Positions 1 to 11,270 of a DNA stretch of 64,000 bases are shown piece by piece. The stretch is from an uncultured Methanosarcinales archaeon (GTDB lineage Archaea > Nanobdellota > Nanobdellia > Woesearchaeales > JACPBV01): NCBI GenBank assembly GCA_964577685.1, contig CAZNZT010000002.1, positions 1-64,000 on the forward strand, written 5' to 3'. Each line of letters starts with the position of its first letter. Positions within the stretch are counted from its first letter, which is position 1. A model generated the notes under the pieces. The model searched no databases. It saw only the letters and a list, made by a program, of their open reading frames with translations, and was not told the DNA's origin. The position numbers and the translations under genes are program-made.

Positions 1-2
1 AT

Positions 3-317
3 AAAATAGAAAAATTCAAGCCAGATTTTATTTTTTGGCTTAAAAAAGAAAATAACTATTTCATAATTTTTGCTGATCCGAAAGGAACAAAGCATACTGA
101 TTATGGGTACAAAGTAGATGGGTATAAATTAATTTTTGAAGAAAAGAACAAAAAGAAAACCTTTCAAAGAAATAAAATTAATGTGCAAGTTCATCTCTTT
201 CTATTTACAGAAGATGTAAATAACCTCTCAGAAGGTTATAAAAAGTATTGGTTTGATGATTTTCAAAAATTGATGGAAGGTTTTGTTAATGGAGAAAATG
301 AAATTGTGCAGACTTGA
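3..317 (+). CDS. C-terminal fragment of probable type III restriction endonuclease Res subunit (PD-(D/E)xK nuclease domain); 5' end outside window
   Basis: Frame 3 is open from the window edge: KIEKFKPDFIFWLKKENNYFIIFADPKGTKH...EIVQT*, stop TGA at 315-317. FxPDF...hhhDPKG is typical of Res C-terminal nuclease domains. Not in the ORF track. Confidence 0.7.
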   Translation, partial: KIEKFKPDFIFWLKKENNYFIIFADPKGTKHTDYGYKVDGYKLIFEEKNKKKTFQRNKINVQVHLFLFTEDVNNLSEGYKKYWFDDFQKLMEGFVNGENEIVQT

Positions 318-944
318 TGTGAAAATAATTAATAAAAAGGCCACGTATGGGCGTAGGCAGAGTTATCCTATTTCTTATTATTGTTGGTTTAACTAAAAAT
401 AACCCCTACCCCAATCATAACAGGCCAAAACATTTAGTGAAGAAGATTAAAAGACCAGAAGGGAATCTTTCCTTCACTTCCTGGGGAAATGGAAGTTTTC
501 CAATCTAACTCATCTAGAAATTGTGAGTTTTGTAAATGGATTGGGAGAGTGAAATGAGCAATAAGTTGGAGAAACCCCACAAACCCCCACACCCTCAACC
601 TCACTCCCACCCCACCCCACCCAAATTTTCTCTAAATCCGGGTTTTTTGTGATAAAGCAGGAGAAAGATTGATTACAAAATATTTCTCCGAACATCTTGG
701 CTGTAATAAAAGGTTCTTTTGGGATGAATTTTAGAAGGGGGTCTTGAATTTCTTGATTATCTAATTTTTATGAATACAAAGATAATTTCTATTTTTCCTT
801 GCTTTAGATATTCAAAAAACTTACCAAAATCCTTTGGTATTAAATAGATAAAAAAGTGTTTTGTTTAACCTTTCAAAATGCTCTTTGGCAAATTTATATT
901 TTGCTTTGGATGTATTTGAGTAGATTCGGAGATACTGGTAAAAA

Positions 945-960
945 CCGAAAGATTTATAAA
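945..960 (+). promoter_or_regulatory. Archaeal BRE + TATA box
   Basis: CCGAAA-GA-TTTATAAA, about 23 nt upstream of the ATG at 983, consistent with a leaderless transcript. Confidence 0.65.
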
Positions 961-976
961 TATTCACTACTAAATA

Positions 977-2140
977 GTGATTATGGCTTACATAAAGCAA
1001 GGCGAAATAAGAACATTCCCATCAAATGCATGTAAGAATAATGCCCACTCAGGCACAGTAATAGCCCAAGACACCCTTGAGAAAAGAATAGCATTAGCAC
1101 AGCTTCCAGAAAAATATCATCCAAGTGACTTTGATAATGGACCTTATCTGAGGGATGAAACATGGCTTCAATTTGTAAGATGGAGGATGGCAACAGAAGA
1201 ACCAAATGTTATTGAATACCATCCAGCAGGGGAATCAGTAGGCATAATGATACCTACAAAGGCTGTTCATAACCCTTACTCGCGAAAGTCAACAAAAATC
1301 CCTCACTCTATCATAATACTAAACCCCAGGGATGTTGGAAAGTATATCTCTTTATCCGAGAATCTTAAACAGCATCTAGCAGACTATCTAAGGAGCGATG
1401 AAGGTATCCTTCTAGCTCAAGAGTTAAGCAGACTAGGTTATAGTGCAGAGGATATAGACTACATAGCAGTAGGGTTTGTACCAGAGCAAGCAATATATGG
1501 AGTAGGAAAATTACCAGATGGTAGCCTAGTGGTCTATGCAAACAAAGATGCATATAAACTCATTAAGGCTGATGCAGAAGATTCTGGATTAACCCCAGAG
1601 GAACTAATAGAGGTTATAGTTGCAGAAGAGATTACCCATATATTTAGAAAATCAAGACCAACTATAGGGGAAGAAACAGCAACTAAGCAGTTTTTAAAAA
1701 CCTTTTATGAGAGGCTTGCAAAGACAACAAAAGACCCAGTACTCCTAGAAAAATACCTAAGGACAATAAGACATCTTGAACATGACTTAGAAACAATATC
1801 AAGATACAGAGATGTCATAAACTATGTAATGAGGGAAAAAAACAATACATCCAATAAAGAAGACAACTCAGATAACCCAGACATATCAACTCTGGAAGAA
1901 GCGTTAATAAAAGAAGCAATAGCAGAGGGCTATAACACAGCCGAAGGTATTTCAAGATATATTACTAATAGGCTAAAAAACAGCGGAAATAAGTATTCAA
2001 GAACCTCTGAAGGTAAAAACAAAGAAGTTGAAAGAAGCAACAAGAATAGTAAAACAAAAACCGATTCAAAAGAAGAAACAACCGGTGAAGATGGTGAAGA
2101 AGAAGGTGAGTCATCAGAGGAAGCAGAGGCAGGGGAGTAA
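977..2140 (+). CDS. Hypothetical protein with zincin-like motif variant (EEITH) and acidic low-complexity tail; probable start 983
   Basis: 387-aa ORF with VIVAEEITHIFR followed by IGEETAT; E/G-rich C-terminus. Confidence 0.6.
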   Translation: MIMAYIKQGEIRTFPSNACKNNAHSGTVIAQDTLEKRIALAQLPEKYHPSDFDNGPYLRDETWLQFVRWRMATEEPNVIEYHPAGESVGIMIPTKAVHNPYSRKSTKIPHSIIILNPRDVGKYISLSENLKQHLADYLRSDEGILLAQELSRLGYSAEDIDYIAVGFVPEQAIYGVGKLPDGSLVVYANKDAYKLIKADAEDSGLTPEELIEVIVAEEITHIFRKSRPTIGEETATKQFLKTFYERLAKTTKDPVLLEKYLRTIRHLEHDLETISRYRDVINYVMREKNNTSNKEDNSDNPDISTLEEALIKEAIAEGYNTAEGISRYITNRLKNSGNKYSRTSEGKNKEVERSNKNSKTKTDSKEETTGEDGEEEGESSEEAEAGE

Positions 2141-2150
2141 TAAGGATAGA

Positions 2151-2993
2151 CTAATGCCTTCTACTCCTTATTAGGTTTCTAGCTAAACTATTGATAACTA
2201 CTATTAGGAATAACCTTGTAAAAACAAAACTGAAAACAAACACTATTATGCAAGCAATAATAACAAAAATTCTCTTTTCTATGCTGAAATATAATAATAT
2301 CCCAGACCCTATAACAACCACAAGGTTAATCAAATACACCAGAAGCACATATGGGAACCTGTAAAATCCAATTAAAAACATAAGCCTAAGAATCTCCTTA
2401 AATCTTCTATCAATAAGGCAAAAACCAATAAGAAAAAAATAAAAAATAAATAAGATGAAGATTCCTGTAATAGAAAGATATCCAATAGAAGCAAATCCTG
2501 CTCCAGACCAAAGAGACCTATAAAGCTCTAAAAAAGTAACATAAACTATAAAAGCAAGGATAAGCCCCAACAAAAATAGTCTCAAAAAAGAAATTACAAA
2601 CCCCTTTAATCTTTTTTTTATAATGGTTCTTTTTCTAACCACTCTATTACTTAATGTCCAGATAAAGCCATCAATAAAAAGAAAAAGAACCAAGAACCAT
2701 ACACCCATATTTCTTAAGTAGCCTATCATCTTTCTATAGTTATCATAAACAATCATAGGGTTATCTCCTAAATAACCAAACATTCCCTGACTCTCGTTTT
2801 TACCAATATCTTTACCGACTTTTTCAAAATACTCAATAGCCCTGCTTGCATGAGCCATAGCAGGAATAATGTTAATATAAGACACAAACCCAAGACCAAA
2901 GAAAAACAATATTTGCAATAAGACTATAACCAATAAAAGAAGCTTTTTCTCTCTCATTATTGAAATTGTTTTTTTTAAAGAATCTATTATCAT
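2151..2993 (-). CDS. Polytopic membrane protein (paralog of 10479-11270 and 21093-21869)
   Basis: About 6 hydrophobic segments; shares a GxxW motif (DGFIW) after TM2 with its paralogs. Confidence 0.8.
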   Translation of the reverse strand: MIIDSLKKTISIMREKKLLLLVIVLLQILFFFGLGFVSYINIIPAMAHASRAIEYFEKVGKDIGKNESQGMFGYLGDNPMIVYDNYRKMIGYLRNMGVWFLVLFLFIDGFIWTLSNRVVRKRTIIKKRLKGFVISFLRLFLLGLILAFIVYVTFLELYRSLWSGAGFASIGYLSITGIFILFIFYFFLIGFCLIDRRFKEILRLMFLIGFYRFPYVLLVYLINLVVVIGSGILLYFSIEKRIFVIIACIIVFVFSFVFTRLFLIVVINSLARNLIRSRRH

Positions 2994-3027
2994 CTTTTAG
3001 TGTTTTGTGCCGCTTACATGCCTAGTC

Positions 3028-6000
3028 TTAAACTACTCCACCCTCAGATGTTGACTCTTCTTGGCACATATACCTTCCATTATTTTCCACACAAATCTCC
3101 CCAATACCACAGTCAGCCTTATTTGCAGGAGTAGTTGGATTACAAACACAATCTTCCTCTAACCTCACATTAACATCACATCTTGGATATTTCCTACATT
3201 TGCCATAGCAGTATCTAAACTCTCCGCTTGGACAATTATTCTTTCTGCTGTTGCATGCACAATATTTCTCTACCTCATTTCCATTCTCATCTGTAATCTC
3301 TTCCTGCTCAAATCTTGTACTACAATCTATCACTTTCCTTTTACCAGGCAACAAGAATATTGGTATGTCAACAGATTGCCTGATGCCATTTGCAACTATA
3401 ATCTGAGATTCATCATACTGTGGACCTGCTACTTCACTGCAATCACCATTCCTTTTCGGATGCCTCAAGTCAAAGTGTAAATAGAACATGGGTTCTTTGT
3501 TGCCACTAACTCCTTCAAGTTTATCTCCTCTTATTGTGAATTTAAAATTGTTTGTATCAGCTGTGACTCTTCTGATTTTCATTTTGATATTTAGTCCCTT
3601 AAGTTCAATACTAAACCCACCGTTTTCATAGTGGTCTTTTATCTGTATATCTTTTCCATTATATCTGCAGATATCTTTGCTTTCTCTGGATATCTGAATC
3701 CTCCCATCTCCATCCCCATCAATAAACTCTATAAAATCTTCTCCGCTTTTCATATCTACCATATCATCCACCTCATATATTAAACCGCCATTTCTCTCTT
3801 CATCATTATTGTCTGTATAACTCACAAAAATACTGCCCTGCTGTCCAAGAACATCTTCTCTTTTGATGGTATAACCCAAGTTTATTATCTCTTCATGACT
3901 CCCATGTTGTTTTTCCCTAAGTTCTCTTGCAGTTGACCTTATTATATCACCATTTCTGTTTAGCAATCTTGCAACTAGGCATTGCTTCTTTTCATCTTTG
4001 AAGTACTTTATAGTACTGACTATAGGCTCGCTTTCATATAATGTAACTCCTTCAACATCACCAAAATCATATTGGGTTATACTATAGCTTGGTTCTATCT
4101 CTATTTCCTCAAAATAGGCACTGCCTTCCTCATAGAATAAGTTCATTCCACCAGAGCATGAGAATGTTCCGTCAGCCATTATGCTACATCCAGCAATTTC
4201 CCTTGCTGTGTAGTCTGTTATTGGGAAATAGAAAACACCATCTTCGTGTCCCTCAGGAAAACAATTCTCAACAAGGCCACCAGACCTCGCAAACCTACTA
4301 TCAACATTTAAAACAAACTTAAGATGGTCATATCTAAATCTAGAGGTCTTTATCCTATCTGGAATCATACTTGAATCAACCTCTACGAGGCTATTTTGTT
4401 TTATCTTTGAACGGCTCTGATAGAAGAAAACCTCCATATCAGTTTCTTTCTTGTCTTCTGGTATGTCTAAGCAATCACAATTCCTACCCCAGGGGTCCTT
4501 CTGCTTTTGGCAATTGATTCCAGGGTATTTTCTCATATCATCTCTTGTTACGCATGTAAGATAAACCTGATAGCTGTCTAAATCACAACCAGGGTTTATC
4601 AACCAGCTTGCTCTATATTCATAAGTTGCCTTTCCTGTTGTAGGATCAAATGTCAAAAACTCTCTGCTTGGCAGTATTGCTTGCACTAGGGTTGCATATG
4701 GAGTAGAATAGGCAACATCTACTAGATTATTAACATCAATTTCCCAATCATAACCAAAAGAAGCAAGGCAGACCTTTCTAAATATTGCTTCCTCTCCAGC
4801 ACCTAGAAGATTATTCAACTTAGCATTCCCATATTCACTCGCTAACTCTTCCTGCATCTCTCCAACGGAATCCCATACCCCTTTCATTCCGACACTTAGA
4901 AATTCCAATACGCTGTTTTCACTCTTAGTAAAGTCAATACCAGAGCCAAAGGGCAAGCAACCATCTCTTAGCCATGTGATAATTTTCCATATAAAAGAAC
5001 AGATATACTGCGTAAATAACTCTTTACAGACACCTGCATCAGCTTCCCCTGTTGTTCTTACCTGAATCAAGCAGGTCTTTAAGGCACCCATAATATTCTT
5101 TATAAGTATTAGTCTGTTCAATATACCACCAATAGACAAGCATTGGAATGTGGCTATGTGGTCTCTTATGGGATCTATAATCAATAAATTTCCAGTTTTT
5201 CCTTTGGGAACAAAAAACCCATCATAAATCCAATTATTCTGCCCAAAACATGCCATTATGTCCCTTCCATCAATATACCTATTCTCGTTGTATTCCTTGT
5301 TTTTGTATTTTATCTTGCTATATCTATAACTCCATCTCATGTTTTCATAACCAGAAGCAGAAAACGAACCATCTTTGTTTTCAACATCTCCTGGTTGATA
5401 GTATTGTGGATTAGCACCAACCTTTGAGTTTATGCAACAACACTCAATCCTTTTGTCTGGATTGCTGCTGGCATATTCTGGCATGAAACAATCACTTGTA
5501 TATCCCATTGGAACAGCATTTTTGACTTCTACTTCTTTGTTTTCCCCTCCTATACTAATCCTCCTTTGGTCTCCACTAGCATAAGATATGCACTCATTGG
5601 GGGTTAAACAACCATATACAAGGTATTCATCTTTGCTTATTTCTTTTGAGTCTTCTAATCCAATTCTTACCTTCTTACTTCCTTTTTTAGCTACTAACCC
5701 GATTTCAGGTTTCTTTTCCTTCATAAATTTCCCGCTACAAATTTCCTCACAGGTCTCTTGCATTGGCAGTAAATAATTATCTTCATTCTGTTTTATAGCA
5801 TATTCATATATCAAGCTTGGACCAACTGTTGATTTTAGGGCACTTATCCTATAGACGCTCTCTCCAACACTAGCTGGTCCATCAATATGATACAATGTTT
5901 CCTCATTCTTCCCAGTCATTACTTCAAGACACTTGTCACTTGGCCCAAATGTTCCACTAATCCTGTATTTTGCTTCAATATCTCTGCATCTAACAGCCCT

Positions 6001-8532
6001 TACTGGCCTTCCCCTTACACTCTGGTCATTAGCACACCCTGTTCCTTGGCTAAGCTTTTGGAATAGCTGTTCATCACTGATGCTTTCTGTCCATCTTGAT
6101 GGAGTCTTATGGCCAAATACCCTATCACAAGCCCATCTGTATGCCTTATACATTGACTCCTCTGCTTTCCATGCCGAAGCACATGTCGGATAGCACTTCT
6201 CTAAGCATGTGTCGCTTATCTTGTCCTGAACATCTATCTTTTTTTCAACAAAATCTTTTACAACATCAGGATCGTACATCCTTAGGCATTCTATACATTC
6301 ATCCTCTTGTTCCTGTTTCTCTTCTCCACCAACCCTCTTAACAACATCCCTTATAGTCTTGTAGTATCTATCATAGTAACAGGTTATTTTTCTGTAAACC
6401 TGTACAACAAACTTTGTAAAGAATGAAACAATACATCCTATAGCAGTCCATTCCAGAATCTCACTTGTTTTGTCAATCCAATCATCAAGGATTTTTATTG
6501 AGTCATTCAACCAATCAACAAAGTCATATAACAACCAGTCTGGTAATACCTCTTTTGGATTTATCCTTGTGGCATCAACAACATAGCCAATGGTTAAGCA
6601 AGATGTTTGTGTTCCTCTTTTTGTTTGCCTACCAATTTTTTCCTCATAGTCAATTCTTACCTTGAATGGAAATAAAAGCTCATCATGAACAGCATCTAAA
6701 AATGAATCCCAGTCATCATCACTCCATTTTTCAACCCCTTCAAGCCTTCCAAGCCTACATGCAACATAGGCAGTTTTGCCACTTGGAGATAATCTTTCAG
6801 TACAACTTCTTTGTAGAATATCACAGCTATAATTAAAGCCCGGTTGGTTTTCTAGGTATTCCCTGCCACATGCATTTGTTATGTAGACCCTAGTAACCCT
6901 TCCCTCTTTGCCTCTTCCAATATAACTGAAATTAAGGTAGAAATATATTGTTTCTGTCCCTTCCCTCAATCTTTCAACGCTCAAGAAAGATGGCGATTGG
7001 TATTCTGGTAGGGGCTTTATAACCCAGCTAAAATTACCTGTCCAACAATTCCTAATCCTATAAAGTACATTTTTCACACCCTTTCTACCAGCAGCGTCCA
7101 TAGCAATAAACAACAATCTAGCATCCATAGATTCCCTTAATGCCTCTAGGTTTATGAAATCATGTATTTCCCCAGTGGATATCCTATTAACCCTCAGAGC
7201 ACCACCCAATATGGAAGTTAAATCCACATTCTCAAACCTGAAATATCCATCAGCATTAGCTATTGTATCATAATCAGCGTGTGTTCCGCACCTTTCCTTG
7301 CCAAGAACCCTAAAGTCACAATCAGCCCTTAGGTCAGCCTCGTCTAGGTCCTCTATTCTATCAGGCAAACCAGAAACACTAAAACTCATGTTAATCATAC
7401 CAAATGGAGTCCTTCCTAAGAACAGATAGACTCTTGCACCAGGCTCAGTTCTGCCTTCTATTGTAACAGAGTCAGCATAGCTCTCATAGATCTCTGCACC
7501 CCTTCTTGGGCTTATTATCTCAATTTTAGGGTTGCTTTGATCAAGCAATACAGACTTACTATAAACAAAAGTATTTCCAGCCCTATCCTTCGCCTCAACC
7601 TTTATCTTGTAAAATCCATCCTTCCTTCCCAACACTAACTCCTCATCAAACTTGTCACTTGTTTCAATGCTCTTTTGCAGTCCACCTATCCCATCATAAA
7701 TATCAACACCCTCATTAAGATTTCTAATAACACCTCCTGGTTTTGTTCTTATTATAAGTGCATCGGATTTTTCACCTATGTTTCCAAAAACATCCATAGC
7801 AGCTATCTCATATTTATAGACAGCATTACTATCTACTGTTACATCAGAATAGTCAGTATACCTTTCATCATCAATCGTTACTATTGGTGTTCCATTCCTA
7901 TAAATAATATACCTTGCAAAATCACTCACATTAATCATATCCCAACTTAACTCAACTATATTAGCCCCCACACTTGTATTAATAAAGCCCTCAACCTTAG
8001 GCGGAGGAAGTGTATCCTCTTTGTCTTCGGTCACATAAAACCGTATCCTCACAAATTCACTTACATTTCCGCTAATCCTAACTCTCTGCTTTCCCACTAT
8101 CTCTGGTATTTCGCTTATCTCTAATACAGGATTAGTTGTATCAACATTTACATCATAGTTCTTCTCGCTAAAACTATTGTCTTTTCTAGCCGTTATTTTT
8201 ATCTTATTAATCCCTTCATTCATATCCATACTATTGAACCTAAATCCACCATCCGCCCCAGTTATCATTTCACCTCTGAAGTTATTGTTGATATAAATAG
8301 AAACCAAAACACCTTCTTCTGTTACACCTGCTATATCTATCTGCCTGTTGTTGTAATACTCCGGGATGCTAACATTGATAGCTATATCATTGTTATCTTG
8401 GTTATCTTGGCTATTATCATTAATGCTAGCATAAACAGGAGTAATATTACTTACCATACTTATAGGAAATAATATTATAAGTTCTATCATTATTGTTGCA
8501 ACAATATCCTTGCTTATCCTTAACAACCTCAT
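3028..8532 (-). CDS. Giant surface protein: N-terminal anchor, Ig-like/FN3 domains, large Cys-rich region
   Basis: 1834 aa with a hydrophobic N-terminus. Ig-like motifs (GINKIKITA, VEAKDRAGN) and an FN3-like segment (VELSWD...YIIYRNG...YKYEIAAMDVFGN); many Cys in the C-terminal two thirds. Confidence 0.85.
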   Translation of the reverse strand: MRLLRISKDIVATIMIELIILFPISMVSNITPVYASINDNSQDNQDNNDIAINVSIPEYYNNRQIDIAGVTEEGVLVSIYINNNFRGEMITGADGGFRFNSMDMNEGINKIKITARKDNSFSEKNYDVNVDTTNPVLEISEIPEIVGKQRVRISGNVSEFVRIRFYVTEDKEDTLPPPKVEGFINTSVGANIVELSWDMINVSDFARYIIYRNGTPIVTIDDERYTDYSDVTVDSNAVYKYEIAAMDVFGNIGEKSDALIIRTKPGGVIRNLNEGVDIYDGIGGLQKSIETSDKFDEELVLGRKDGFYKIKVEAKDRAGNTFVYSKSVLLDQSNPKIEIISPRRGAEIYESYADSVTIEGRTEPGARVYLFLGRTPFGMINMSFSVSGLPDRIEDLDEADLRADCDFRVLGKERCGTHADYDTIANADGYFRFENVDLTSILGGALRVNRISTGEIHDFINLEALRESMDARLLFIAMDAAGRKGVKNVLYRIRNCWTGNFSWVIKPLPEYQSPSFLSVERLREGTETIYFYLNFSYIGRGKEGRVTRVYITNACGREYLENQPGFNYSCDILQRSCTERLSPSGKTAYVACRLGRLEGVEKWSDDDWDSFLDAVHDELLFPFKVRIDYEEKIGRQTKRGTQTSCLTIGYVVDATRINPKEVLPDWLLYDFVDWLNDSIKILDDWIDKTSEILEWTAIGCIVSFFTKFVVQVYRKITCYYDRYYKTIRDVVKRVGGEEKQEQEDECIECLRMYDPDVVKDFVEKKIDVQDKISDTCLEKCYPTCASAWKAEESMYKAYRWACDRVFGHKTPSRWTESISDEQLFQKLSQGTGCANDQSVRGRPVRAVRCRDIEAKYRISGTFGPSDKCLEVMTGKNEETLYHIDGPASVGESVYRISALKSTVGPSLIYEYAIKQNEDNYLLPMQETCEEICSGKFMKEKKPEIGLVAKKGSKKVRIGLEDSKEISKDEYLVYGCLTPNECISYASGDQRRISIGGENKEVEVKNAVPMGYTSDCFMPEYASSNPDKRIECCCINSKVGANPQYYQPGDVENKDGSFSASGYENMRWSYRYSKIKYKNKEYNENRYIDGRDIMACFGQNNWIYDGFFVPKGKTGNLLIIDPIRDHIATFQCLSIGGILNRLILIKNIMGALKTCLIQVRTTGEADAGVCKELFTQYICSFIWKIITWLRDGCLPFGSGIDFTKSENSVLEFLSVGMKGVWDSVGEMQEELASEYGNAKLNNLLGAGEEAIFRKVCLASFGYDWEIDVNNLVDVAYSTPYATLVQAILPSREFLTFDPTTGKATYEYRASWLINPGCDLDSYQVYLTCVTRDDMRKYPGINCQKQKDPWGRNCDCLDIPEDKKETDMEVFFYQSRSKIKQNSLVEVDSSMIPDRIKTSRFRYDHLKFVLNVDSRFARSGGLVENCFPEGHEDGVFYFPITDYTAREIAGCSIMADGTFSCSGGMNLFYEEGSAYFEEIEIEPSYSITQYDFGDVEGVTLYESEPIVSTIKYFKDEKKQCLVARLLNRNGDIIRSTARELREKQHGSHEEIINLGYTIKREDVLGQQGSIFVSYTDNNDEERNGGLIYEVDDMVDMKSGEDFIEFIDGDGDGRIQISRESKDICRYNGKDIQIKDHYENGGFSIELKGLNIKMKIRRVTADTNNFKFTIRGDKLEGVSGNKEPMFYLHFDLRHPKRNGDCSEVAGPQYDESQIIVANGIRQSVDIPIFLLPGKRKVIDCSTRFEQEEITDENGNEVEKYCACNSRKNNCPSGEFRYCYGKCRKYPRCDVNVRLEEDCVCNPTTPANKADCGIGEICVENNGRYMCQEESTSEGGVV

Positions 8533-10457
8533 TTTAATTCTGGAAATGGAATTTTCTTTGAATATTTATCAAGAGTTGCAAAAAATAAATACTTTTCTTC
8601 ATCACTTTTAAAATCACCTTCAACTAGATGGAATGTAACATTGTTAGCAAGCCTTAGTGCATTGTAACTTACAGTCCATTTTCCTTTATAGCCCCCTTTT
8701 ATTCTATAACCTCCTTCTGTTGTTCCATTATCACTTAGATATATTTCCACATCATAATCAAAGTTATCCTTATCAAGCAATCTTATTGATTCTTCTACCG
8801 GATAAACAGAATTGACTTCAAACTTCTTTTCATTGTTCTTTATACTTATCACAGCCTTTTCATTACTATCAAGCCTCTTTGCCATGCCTACACTATCTCC
8901 TACTATTTTATGTTTGACAACACTAACATTCAGATACCTTACCGGCGTCATTTTTAGATAATAGCTTCTTGGTCTATCCGTTTGTATGAACATTTCTGCT
9001 TCCTCATAACCTTTCTTTTTTCCCCTTAGTACTCCATTCACACAATAAGGAAATTTCTTCCTAAGAACAGGCAATCCCCCACTTTCAAAATCACTCTCTG
9101 TCAAGCCCATAGGACACACAAACTTTCCACATGTAAAGCTTATATTAACCCCCCTAATATCAATCCCTCCAGGAACATCTTCAATAGCATGGATTGTAAT
9201 CTCATTTGTTACATCTCTACAAAACTCTTCTGATGTATACTCATCCTTAGTCTCAAATATATCTATTGCGAAATTACTCCTATCTGCTTGATTGTGGTTA
9301 ATTGATGCCATAAAAGCAAAACTGAATGAGTATCTCTCATTGTTTTCTGTTTTCTCATCAACAATTGTAACCTTAACAGGGAATATAATATCATATGTAA
9401 AGTGCCATATCCTCAGGCATAGCAATGATAAGAGCTGAGCCCCTCTTTGTGCATTTGATTCAAGAACCTGTCCCCTCTTTGGCCTTACATAGAAATCCAT
9501 ATCCCAATTCTTATCATAACCAAAACTGACCCTCATATTGTTATCTACATTATCCCCGATGTCCCATATATAATGGTAGTTATAATAACTTTCATTATAC
9601 CTATCAACTACTGAATACGGGTTTGGGTCAGGAGAAAATGGAATTATCTCATCTCTGGAAAATTTTGTTCCTCTTATCTTAATAAATGGTAAATTTATCT
9701 CTAGTAGTCTTCTTATCTTGTTTTCAACATCAGAAACAAGCCATCTTTTCTTTCCACACCCAATCTCTGTTCCCGTTGTTGGTATATCCCTGTCCATTGA
9801 TATAAGGTCAATAGTTTTTCTTTCAATAAAATAATCTCTGTTTTCACTTTCCATTATTTCTCTAGCTAGGGTATATATCTTCTTTAATCTTATTGGTATC
9901 CTCACTATATATCTCTGAAGTTTTGCAATTGTTTTGTTAAATTTGTTTTGCACCTCAATGGGATATATCGTTGTAACCATAACATCATCTTCCCCTATCT
10001 TTGTAACAACATCATAGCCACCTAGCTCAATAACATTATACTTATTGTAAAATGCAGAGAAGTTGTTAATACACTTGGCTAGGTTTTCCTTTACATACCT
10101 TGATATCTGGCTTTCTATGAACTCTAAAGATGGAATAGCACTTCTGCCATAATACCACCAATACGGATTACCTAACTCTTTCACAGGACTAAGGCTAAGG
10201 TAGCTTCTGGGGTTATTCTTAACCCTCTTAGGAAAATATATATAGCCCCCTGTCAATCCGATTATCTCCAATGCCTCTCTTGCTAAATCCTCTGTACAGC
10301 TATCAACATAGTCCTGTATTGGAACCATTTCTGGATTTATTAGCTCCCTCTTCATTATGCTCTCCCTTCTTGAATATACGATAATAAAGATAGCAAGAAG
10401 AATAACCAGTCCAATTATTATAAATGCCGTAATCTGCCCTCTTTTTTTAATCTTCAT
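8529..10457 (-). CDS. Large protein with archaeal class III (pilin-like) signal peptide
   Basis: N-terminus MKIKKRG/QITAFIIIGLVILL; paralog of 16848-18944; ATGA overlap with the next gene. Confidence 0.8.
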   Translation of the reverse strand: MKIKKRGQITAFIIIGLVILLAIFIIVYSRRESIMKRELINPEMVPIQDYVDSCTEDLAREALEIIGLTGGYIYFPKRVKNNPRSYLSLSPVKELGNPYWWYYGRSAIPSLEFIESQISRYVKENLAKCINNFSAFYNKYNVIELGGYDVVTKIGEDDVMVTTIYPIEVQNKFNKTIAKLQRYIVRIPIRLKKIYTLAREIMESENRDYFIERKTIDLISMDRDIPTTGTEIGCGKKRWLVSDVENKIRRLLEINLPFIKIRGTKFSRDEIIPFSPDPNPYSVVDRYNESYYNYHYIWDIGDNVDNNMRVSFGYDKNWDMDFYVRPKRGQVLESNAQRGAQLLSLLCLRIWHFTYDIIFPVKVTIVDEKTENNERYSFSFAFMASINHNQADRSNFAIDIFETKDEYTSEEFCRDVTNEITIHAIEDVPGGIDIRGVNISFTCGKFVCPMGLTESDFESGGLPVLRKKFPYCVNGVLRGKKKGYEEAEMFIQTDRPRSYYLKMTPVRYLNVSVVKHKIVGDSVGMAKRLDSNEKAVISIKNNEKKFEVNSVYPVEESIRLLDKDNFDYDVEIYLSDNGTTEGGYRIKGGYKGKWTVSYNALRLANNVTFHLVEGDFKSDEEKYLFFATLDKYSKKIPFPELK

Positions 10458-10478
10458 TTTTTAGCGTCATTTAATTTT

Positions 10479-11270
10479 TTATCTTCTCCTATTTATAACC
10501 ATCGTTATGGCCTTGGCCATATAAAATTGAGACATGCTTATGAACATTAAAAACACAAGCAACCCAAAGACAATCCCATAGATAAAAGCAAGATGTAGGA
10601 TATAACTGGAGATATAATAACAAATCCTCAATAAAGCAATAGCTATTATTCCTATTAATATATACTGGATGATAAAATAGTGAATCCTTAATACACCAAG
10701 TCTTATGGCTCTTATAGTTTTATTAAACACCCTTTCCTTTACATAAGCAATATGCATAACTATCGTAAGATGGACATAAAGGAATAGCAAAACAATAGTA
10801 AGGTAAAATGAATATGGAAACTTTATCATAAAGATAACCGCCAGCAAGGATATAGCCCAAACAGAATTCCAAATAAAATTTGCAAACAAGAATTTAAAAA
10901 AGAAACCCGCACTAAACTTTTTCTTTAATATAATGCTCCACACTCCACCTTGGCACAAGCTACAAATCAGAACCAAAAATATAAATAATGCTATCCCAGA
11001 TAACAAAACAAAAAAAACAAAACCCTTCAGTGTTGAGTTTATTGCTCCTAGTTCAACTTCTGTTTTCATTAAAACCATAGATAAATCAATCTGGTTTATT
11101 TTGCTTATCCATCCTAACAACCTACCTCTGATTAACAATATGGCTGTTATACTACAAGATAAAAAAATAATGTTGATTAACAGAACCATAGAGTAGTCCC
11201 TACCTCTCTTTAATGAATCCAAAAACCACTCTAGGTTTTTTTTAATAACTCCTTTTACACCAAAGCCCAT
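10479..11270 (-). CDS. Polytopic membrane protein
   Basis: About 6 TM segments; QGGVWSIILKKK motif. Confidence 0.8.
   Translation of the reverse strand: MGFGVKGVIKKNLEWFLDSLKRGRDYSMVLLINIIFLSCSITAILLIRGRLLGWISKINQIDLSMVLMKTEVELGAINSTLKGFVFFVLLSGIALFIFLVLICSLCQGGVWSIILKKKFSAGFFFKFLFANFIWNSVWAISLLAVIFMIKFPYSFYLTIVLLFLYVHLTIVMHIAYVKERVFNKTIRAIRLGVLRIHYFIIQYILIGIIAIALLRICYYISSYILHLAFIYGIVFGLLVFLMFISMSQFYMAKAITMVINRRR

Noticed and set aside
347..508. Possible 53-aa ORF (MGVGRVILFLIIVGL...) or decayed small membrane-peptide gene
   Set aside because: No clear promoter, RBS or recognisable family; cannot be supported.
510..695. 61-aa minus-strand ORF
   Set aside because: Its Gly/Val/Trp run simply reflects the C-rich tract; probably non-coding.
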